From a virus: a stretch of DNA of 64,000 bases. Below are positions 57,492 to 64,000 of the stretch, piece after piece (position 1 is the stretch's first letter; each line of letters opens with the position of its first letter). The position numbers were made by a program, and so were the translations under genes. The notes beneath the pieces are model-generated. The model did not search any database. It worked only from the letters and a program-made list of their open reading frames with translations, and was not told where the DNA came from. Where the stretch lies: positions 18,954 to 82,953 of IMG/VR virus record IMGVR_UViG_3300018080_000154; one strand, given 5' to 3'.

Positions 57492-58412
57492 TTACTCCAT
57501 CAATTTCTTTTTGAGTTTTGTTTTCATTTTCGCAAGAGACTTCTTAAGATCTTCTGCAGTTCCACTCAATACTGTTTCATACATCTCAACCTTGGTTTTG
57601 AGCTCATCAAATTTCTTGAGTTTGTTTTCAACAACATACTCTTTAAGTTCACCAGCCTCATCAATTTCCTTATTGTAAACTTCAATGTCATATTTAATTT
57701 CAGCGACAAGTGACTTCCACATCCCTTTCTTTGCTTCCTTTGTATCAATGAGAGGTATCGGTGTTATGTCGACACCGTGAACAGAAAGTTCTTCAAACAG
57801 TTTCAACACATTTTCATAGACCTCTGAAGAAGAGTAAGGAAGAAAATAGATACCACCAGCACTTCTTACGTTGATCGACCTTCCATACATCCTGATGTAT
57901 TTAAGGACTGATGACCTTAACTGTGTTCCAGTGTAACAATCGCGATACGTATTGTAGCGATTCAGAATTTCCTTTCGGTATTTATCGGCATTGTCACCCT
58001 CGATACGTAGTTCATGCGTCTTCTTGTTGAAGATTACCCTGGTTTCTTTACGGAAATCGATATCGGTTTCAATATCGTTAACGTCTGCGTCTACAATCAT
58101 CCACGATGCCTCGTCCTCATCTGAACCGTCTTTTATTTTCTTGTAGAACAAATCGGCTCTTCTTTTCTTACGACCACCATTTGAGTTAAGTTTCTCAACC
58201 ATATCAGCAAGAGTATCTCTCATTGACCGTATCGCAGCCTCTTTTGAACTTACAACCTTTGCAATGTTATCTGGTATTCCAATGTTTTTAAGTATTTCTG
58301 AAAACGTTGTGTACGACATTTGAAAATCTGGAATGGCCCAATGAATGATCCAACCAATTAAGGGATAGCCTTCAATCTTCGGTAACAGTTTATCAATGTT
58401 TTTCTTTGACAT
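57492..58412 (-). CDS. conserved phage protein associated with the vWA/MoxR pair
   Basis: 306 aa; LIGWIIHW, VRSAGGIYFLP; strong SD. Confidence 0.7.
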   Translation of the reverse strand: MSKKNIDKLLPKIEGYPLIGWIIHWAIPDFQMSYTTFSEILKNIGIPDNIAKVVSSKEAAIRSMRDTLADMVEKLNSNGGRKKRRADLFYKKIKDGSDEDEASWMIVDADVNDIETDIDFRKETRVIFNKKTHELRIEGDNADKYRKEILNRYNTYRDCYTGTQLRSSVLKYIRMYGRSINVRSAGGIYFLPYSSSEVYENVLKLFEELSVHGVDITPIPLIDTKEAKKGMWKSLVAEIKYDIEVYNKEIDEAGELKEYVVENKLKKFDELKTKVEMYETVLSGTAEDLKKSLAKMKTKLKKKLME

Positions 58413-58460
58413 AATGTGTCTCCTTGTTTTAATGCCACAGTGTGAAGTTATTCAAATTAA

Positions 58461-59573
58461 TTATTCGTCGTCAAGACCTAGATGCTTTTTGCAAACCATA
58501 ACCAATGTCTGCTGAGTTGTTTTTATTGCATCATCAAGTTTATGATTTTTCTTTCTATCGCCAAGACCTTCCAATGTTTTCTTTGCGTTCTTTATTTTCT
58601 TGTGACCTTCAACAGGATGAATTTCACCCTTATCCAATAGGTCTGCAATTTCTTGAACTGCGTCTGTCAACTCAATGATTTGTTCACCAAGTGGGTTTGC
58701 AAATTTGTTTACCAGTTTTCTTACGGGTTTTATTTGATCCGGCACAGACCAAAGAACATTGCAAAGAATATCGAGGTCGTCTTCCGTTACCTCCGAGTTG
58801 TCATTCAAATATGCATAGGCTTTCAAAACCCTAATACATTGTACCCATCTTCTATCAGATGTGAAAATTCCTTCCTTCTCAACCGATCGTCTAAGTTCAA
58901 CAAGAATGTCAAGTATTTTATCTGGTATTACCATTTCGTCTACTTCTTTTTGATAAGACTTCAGTTCTTCAAGTGTTATCGTTGGTATTTTCACCCGTGA
59001 TTTTGCATTTGCAATTTCATCAAACAATTCTCTTGCCATTGCATCGGACTGAATTCTTGGTACATCATAACGAAGAGCAAATCTATCATAAAGGGCTGCA
59101 AGTTCTTCTGCCTGGGGTATCTCATTTGATGCTGAGAATAAAACCTGAAGAGGTATCTTCGTTGGTGAACTACCGTTGTAGAAAATCCTTTCATTAATGA
59201 TTGGAAGAAGTGTGTTAAGAATAGCACTCGATCCTTTGAAAATTTCATCAAGAAATGCTATGTTTGCTTCTGGTAGTTTACCTTCAACAACTCTTTCGTA
59301 TTTGTCATGTTCCAGTGCTTTTAATGATAACGGTCCGAATACTTCTTCTGGTGTGGTAAATTTACTCATCAACCATGAAAAGTATTTACCACCTACCGCA
59401 CCACAAAGAGCATCACAGATTGCAGATTTTGCAGTACCAGGTGTTCCCAACATGAACAACATTTCTCTTGCCAATAATGCTGTCAACATGCCACGAATTA
59501 AATCTTGGCGTTCTTTGAATTTCTTACCCAATGCTTCTGCAATTGCTTTGATTTTGTTTTCTTTCTTAGACAT
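58461..59573 (-). CDS. MoxR/RavA-family AAA+ ATPase
   Basis: GTPGTAKS, FTTPEEVFGP, FLDEIFK, ASNE, ALYDRF, SDRRW. Confidence 0.92.
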   Translation of the reverse strand: MSKKENKIKAIAEALGKKFKERQDLIRGMLTALLAREMLFMLGTPGTAKSAICDALCGAVGGKYFSWLMSKFTTPEEVFGPLSLKALEHDKYERVVEGKLPEANIAFLDEIFKGSSAILNTLLPIINERIFYNGSSPTKIPLQVLFSASNEIPQAEELAALYDRFALRYDVPRIQSDAMARELFDEIANAKSRVKIPTITLEELKSYQKEVDEMVIPDKILDILVELRRSVEKEGIFTSDRRWVQCIRVLKAYAYLNDNSEVTEDDLDILCNVLWSVPDQIKPVRKLVNKFANPLGEQIIELTDAVQEIADLLDKGEIHPVEGHKKIKNAKKTLEGLGDRKKNHKLDDAIKTTQQTLVMVCKKHLGLDDE

Positions 59574-59586
59574 AATGTGTCTCCTT

Positions 59587-60951
59587 TTATTTTGTGTGAA
59601 GGCTTGAGTTTGCTTTAATAATGTCTTGAACGTAGTTAACTTCTCCGTTTGAGTTTATTGTTGCAGATGTATCTGCAATTTGTCCAAGTTGTTCCATGTT
59701 AACTGGTTCGGTCTCATCAATCATCTCAATGAGATGAAGTCGTACTTCTGTTTCTTTCTTCTCATTTTTAAGATGTTGAAGTTGATCATCCGTTAAATGA
59801 CAATGACCATCTGTGATGAATACAATATCTGCAGGTTTCAACGTCGGTTGCTCTTTTCTGATTTCAAATGCATCAACCAACGGTTCGTAGTATTCTGTCC
59901 CTCCTCCTGAAAAGAAAGTTATCATATCCATTTTATCCTGAATGGTCATTGTCTCGTCTTTTGTCCACGCCCGCTTCCATTTCACCTGTGTGTCAAAATA
60001 GATAACAGCAAACCCACGTTTCTGTTTTTCAGCCAAAATTGACAGTGCCAAAACAACTGACTTAGACCATTCTTCATTGGTTGGTGATCCACCGTACCGC
60101 ATCGATCCACTTACATCAACACAACAAATAATTGGACCATGACCTGCTCTTTCCTCTCCTTTCAAATTGTAGTTAAGAAGATTGTTTTCGTGCATATCTT
60201 TCATGAACAATAACGGTTGACGTTTGAATTTCAGTAACTCATTAGGTAGTGCACGAGAAATGTCGTTACCAATTGTGATGTCAACAATTTCATCATAACC
60301 ATGAGTAGGATTCTGATCCACTGCAGTTTGAACAATGTTTTTGAATCTACCAACAAGATCTGCAATCCGTTTGAAGATTTTATTATTCAAAAGAGTTTGA
60401 GCAAGTTTGAATTTCTCTTCATGTGGTAGACGTTCCAATTCACCTGACGATGCACCTGCAAAAATACCTAGAGCATCTTGTGCCTCTTCTGCCTTTTCTT
60501 GTGCCTTCTTCATTTTGTTTCTTGCAGCAATTCTAAAACGTTGGCGATTTTTTGATCTTTCATCCTCATTATCGCCATCCTCAGATTTTTCACGACGTAG
60601 TAACTCATTCAAAAATTGTGGTCCAATTTCTGCCGTTGCAATTGCTGAAGATACTGTGTCAACCAAAGTATGTGATCTAAGATCTTTGTACTCGTGTAGA
60701 CTCATCATCTCTTCAATCAATTCCCTTTGAGTACTTGGACCAGACTCGTTTACGTTTGGCTCCATTTTATAAAATGAATTGAAAATGTCGTTCGTAAAAT
60801 CAAGAGACATGTTTTCGTCATAGTCATCATCTTCTGTTTGTGTAAGTTCTCGTACCTTACTCGAGCTTGAAACTATTTCCTTGAAAGTAAGTTTATCGTA
60901 CGAGTCCTGATCGATGACATTATTTGGTGGTTTAGAAATTTTGAGTTTCAT
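59587..60951 (-). CDS. vWA-domain protein (ViaA/YehP-like)
   Basis: GNDISRALPNEL, MIDAS DVSGSM, GGGT, ADIVFITDG. Confidence 0.9.
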   Translation of the reverse strand: MKLKISKPPNNVIDQDSYDKLTFKEIVSSSSKVRELTQTEDDDYDENMSLDFTNDIFNSFYKMEPNVNESGPSTQRELIEEMMSLHEYKDLRSHTLVDTVSSAIATAEIGPQFLNELLRREKSEDGDNEDERSKNRQRFRIAARNKMKKAQEKAEEAQDALGIFAGASSGELERLPHEEKFKLAQTLLNNKIFKRIADLVGRFKNIVQTAVDQNPTHGYDEIVDITIGNDISRALPNELLKFKRQPLLFMKDMHENNLLNYNLKGEERAGHGPIICCVDVSGSMRYGGSPTNEEWSKSVVLALSILAEKQKRGFAVIYFDTQVKWKRAWTKDETMTIQDKMDMITFFSGGGTEYYEPLVDAFEIRKEQPTLKPADIVFITDGHCHLTDDQLQHLKNEKKETEVRLHLIEMIDETEPVNMEQLGQIADTSATINSNGEVNYVQDIIKANSSLHTK

Positions 60952-60962
60952 TTTTTTTCTCC

Positions 60963-62850
60963 TTATCGGTGAGATTCTAAGCCGTAACCACCTGCTGGAT
61001 CCATTTGACATTCTTGTTCTTGTTCTATCATTTGTACCCACGTTTTACAGAGTAAAGCGTTTCGTAAATCTCTGAAAAATTCTCCTTCAACTCTTGACCA
61101 AGTCCCATCATCAGAATCCAGATAACCTGAAGAAGCCTCAGTAACACCATTCGGTAAACACAATTTACATTCTATTTCTATACCCCACGTGCAATCATAG
61201 AAACTTACTTCAAGTAGATTCGGTTCGTACTCTTCATAACCAGTTTCTTCACATTGACCTATGATACTATCACCAGCATAAAAAGAACATTTGCCTCTTT
61301 CATAATGAGTTGGATCAGCCTTGTTGTACGTACCGCTTGATGTTGTACCATTCTCTCTTATTCTACGTATCAATAGTCTAATAAGATCTTTTTGTAGTAA
61401 TTCAAGTTTCATTTTATTCTCCTTACCATCCGTTTGGTGAATTTTCTTCGCTTGTATCTGCACTACAATCGTTGTAACCTTCTTCCGTTTCATATTTCTC
61501 TGCACACTCATCTGAACAGCATCTGCCCATGTATCCATTTGCTACAAATATTTGTTTTTCACAAATGATACATCTCTTTTTAGGCTGACCAAAATCAAAT
61601 CTGTCAATTCCATATCTTGAAACCTTACCAACATCATTTTTTATTCTAACAATACCTTTCATGGGAATGTTTTCAACCTCGTATGATTTTCCTACTGTGA
61701 TATTTGTTGCACCGTCGTTACACATACACACAATACCGTACATCACACCTTTACAATCAACACAAACGTGACCATCTCGAAAACAGTATCTACCTTCTCC
61801 GTTTTCAAATTTTTTGTTACATGCTAAACATTTCATTTTTAGTCCTCCTCACTGTCATCGATGTAATCCATAGATACACAAATTAAATTATCGTAATCAC
61901 CGCTCATTGCCTTCTTCTTGTATTCGTCTATTACAGCCTTAGAATTACCAGCACGTTGTAATCCTCTTATCACCGCACCCATAATTGCAAATGCATTGCC
62001 ATCGATACCAACCAAAGACATCTTTGCTTTTTTAAGTTCTTTCATTTTTTCTCCTTTGTTTTCTATATTCACGTAAACCTTCAACATCGTCTACAAATAA
62101 TAATTCATCTTCAGTCCACGTCTCTTCTCCACCGTATGGTCCCGGTCCTTCCAACGTGACGACTGAATAAAAAATATTCATATACACCTCGTTCTATTAT
62201 TCGTCTTTGTTTTCAAACCTAACAGCCTGGGAACGATTTTTTGTGTAGCCTATGGTATGGTCAAGACAATCATCGCAAATAGTTTCGTATTTATCGTCCT
62301 TAATCCTTGAGAATCTTATAACGTGTTCGCTACCACACTTCCTACAGGGTCTACTATCCTCGCCAGTTATTCCGTATTTTTTGTGTAGTTTGTCCAAAAG
62401 ATTTTTCATGTTAACTCCTAATTAAATATAGCGATCTTCATAATGGTTAGTAGAACCAAGTCTTTCAACTTTACGAAAAATTAAAGCCTTTTTCTTACCT
62501 CTCCTTTTTGTTCTAAATGTTATTTTTTGTTTTTCCCCAAACTCTTTATTCCTGACGACGTCGCCTACTTCAAATTTGAATTTCATTAGTATCTCCTTAA
62601 TAAAGTGGTGCGTGCCAATATTTTCCACATCTTTGCTTTTTTAAGTTCGCCCATTGTTTTCCTTTCATTTATGAATTGTAATTAAACCTATACGTTCATC
62701 GTTTACGTCAAATAACTCTTGTTGAGTTATTGAACCATCGTCATGAATTTGAATTGCAATCTCTTCAAGTATTCTTGCAATCTCAAATACTTCTTTCTCG
62801 TCCTTGCACGACTCCTTATCATGCGTGTCCAAAATAATTGAAACAATCAT
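60963..62850 (-). CDS. run of small early hypothetical ORFs (60963-61412, 61423-61836, 61839-62087, 62197-62409, 62422-62628, 62665-62850)
   Basis: SD motifs; several Zn-finger CxxC; LVGIDGNAFAIMG..MSGDYDNL conserved small phage protein. Confidence 0.6.
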
Positions 62851-62882
62851 TTTAACATCTCCTTAAATTGTTTTCTCTAAAA

Positions 62883-62910
62883 TTAAAGCGGGCCATCCTT
62901 GGCCCTTTAA
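62883..62910 (-). terminator. probable intrinsic terminator
   Basis: AAAGGGCCA-AGGA-TGGCCC-GCTTT followed by AATTTT. Confidence 0.55.
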
Positions 62911-62946
62911 CTTCACACAGGAGACTGCATCATGCAGTTTTCCATT

Positions 62947-63973
62947 TTAAACACCACATGCAATATCGTCTGCTAATCTACCAATGGGATCTCGTATTCC
63001 CATCTCGTTCATCATGAATTCTTTTATCTCGGGATTGAAAGATAAAATACTGTCTGCAATTTCATAAGCCATCGAACCTTCGTCTATTTCTTCACCACCA
63101 CTTGCAGCCATATCCTGTCGACACTCGATAAAACCCTGATGTTGATCTTTTGCAAATTCATAGTACTCTTTTCTTGTTGTTACTTTGTATTCCATGTTTC
63201 ACCTCATTATTTTGTTTTGTTGAAAAAACCAATTGACAATGTTGGATGATCTTGATGCTTCACATCATTATGTACTGTCACCGAATGTGTTTTGAATGCC
63301 CACATCTTATGAACCGTTGCATTAAGCATTGATGTAATCTCACCAGACTCGTTTACAATTTTCTCTGCAATTTGATGTAGTCTCTCTGTTTGCTTTGTAA
63401 ACATATCCTTTGAAAGCTTAACACCAGCCTTGCACGCTTTAAATCTTAATGTGATTCTATTGTCTTTGTTTTCAAAAACAACCAAACCAAAACCTTCAGC
63501 CATTTTTATCATTTTATTTTTGCTTAACATACCTTCTCCTATCGATAACATAGTTTCATTAATTGAATGACGGATGCAATCTTATCCTCGTCACGTATTG
63601 TTATCTTACCGTCATTGTCTACCCATACGTTAACCCTATTTTCTTCCCGTACTCTTAACATGCTATTTGCAGGTACACGTATGAATATCTTAAAACCAGG
63701 TGAACATGGACACGTTGTACAACCACAATGTTTTGACCAAGAAAACTCAACTTCAAGATCATATTGTTCTGAAAATATTTTCCTTACGTTGTCTCTCATT
63801 TCCTCACCGTATGGATTTAATTTAGGTGTGACGTTTCGTCTGTTAACAATCACCTGATCAGAAAGTGCAGGTTTGCCTATTGTTTTATTTGCCTCGTCTG
63901 CAAAATGATCCGAACTTGAATAAAGTCCACCAATTCTTATTCGTGACATTTTCTTTGCGTTATTGTTTTTCAT
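62947..63973 (-). CDS. three early hypothetical ORFs (62947-63195, 63207-63551, 63539-63973)
   Basis: SD motifs; WS.HCGCTTCPCSPGF motif in the last. Confidence 0.6.
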
Positions 63974-64000
63974 AATGTATCTCCTTGTGTGTGTGTGAAA

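Noticed and set aside
467-63857. Numerous plus-strand ORFs of 60-220 aa
   Set aside because: They are antisense shadows of motif-bearing minus-strand genes (S/F-rich mirror of K/E codons) with no recognisable motifs
1-64000. Alternative genetic code or stop-codon reassignment
   Set aside because: Core genes are full length and tightly packed under the standard code

Overview
A 64-kb stretch of a large contractile-tailed (myovirus-like) dsDNA phage genome. Essentially all credible genes are on the minus strand, so transcription runs right to left. The order is: early/accessory genes with a vWA + MoxR-AAA pair; a sigma-like factor; a nucleotide-modification cluster; intein-containing DNA polymerase B; a recombination/replication module (SSB, RecA, SbcCD, RuvC, 5'-3' exonuclease); many small ORFs; then terminase, portal, MuF, prohead protease, capsid, neck, sheath and tube. 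Highlights: (1) a contiguous cluster next to PolB (SDR NDP-sugar enzyme, short dCMP-type thymidylate-synthase homolog, dNMP kinase, UDP-galactopyranose-mutase-like flavoprotein, dNTP pyrophosphatase-HAD fusion, UDG-fold protein, atypical ThyX) that suggests pre-replicative sugar hypermodification of a pyrimidine. (2) A 1145-aa prohead protease carrying LigD-phosphoesterase-like and AAA+ domains, next to a MuF-zincin fusion. (3) A 1457-bp foreign insertion that starts at nucleotide +1 of a tRNA-Leu and splits a gene that rejoins exactly in frame. (4) An orphan mini-intein with almost no N-extein. (5) A degenerate tRNA-like RNA. All calls come from motif reading by eye; no database searches were run.
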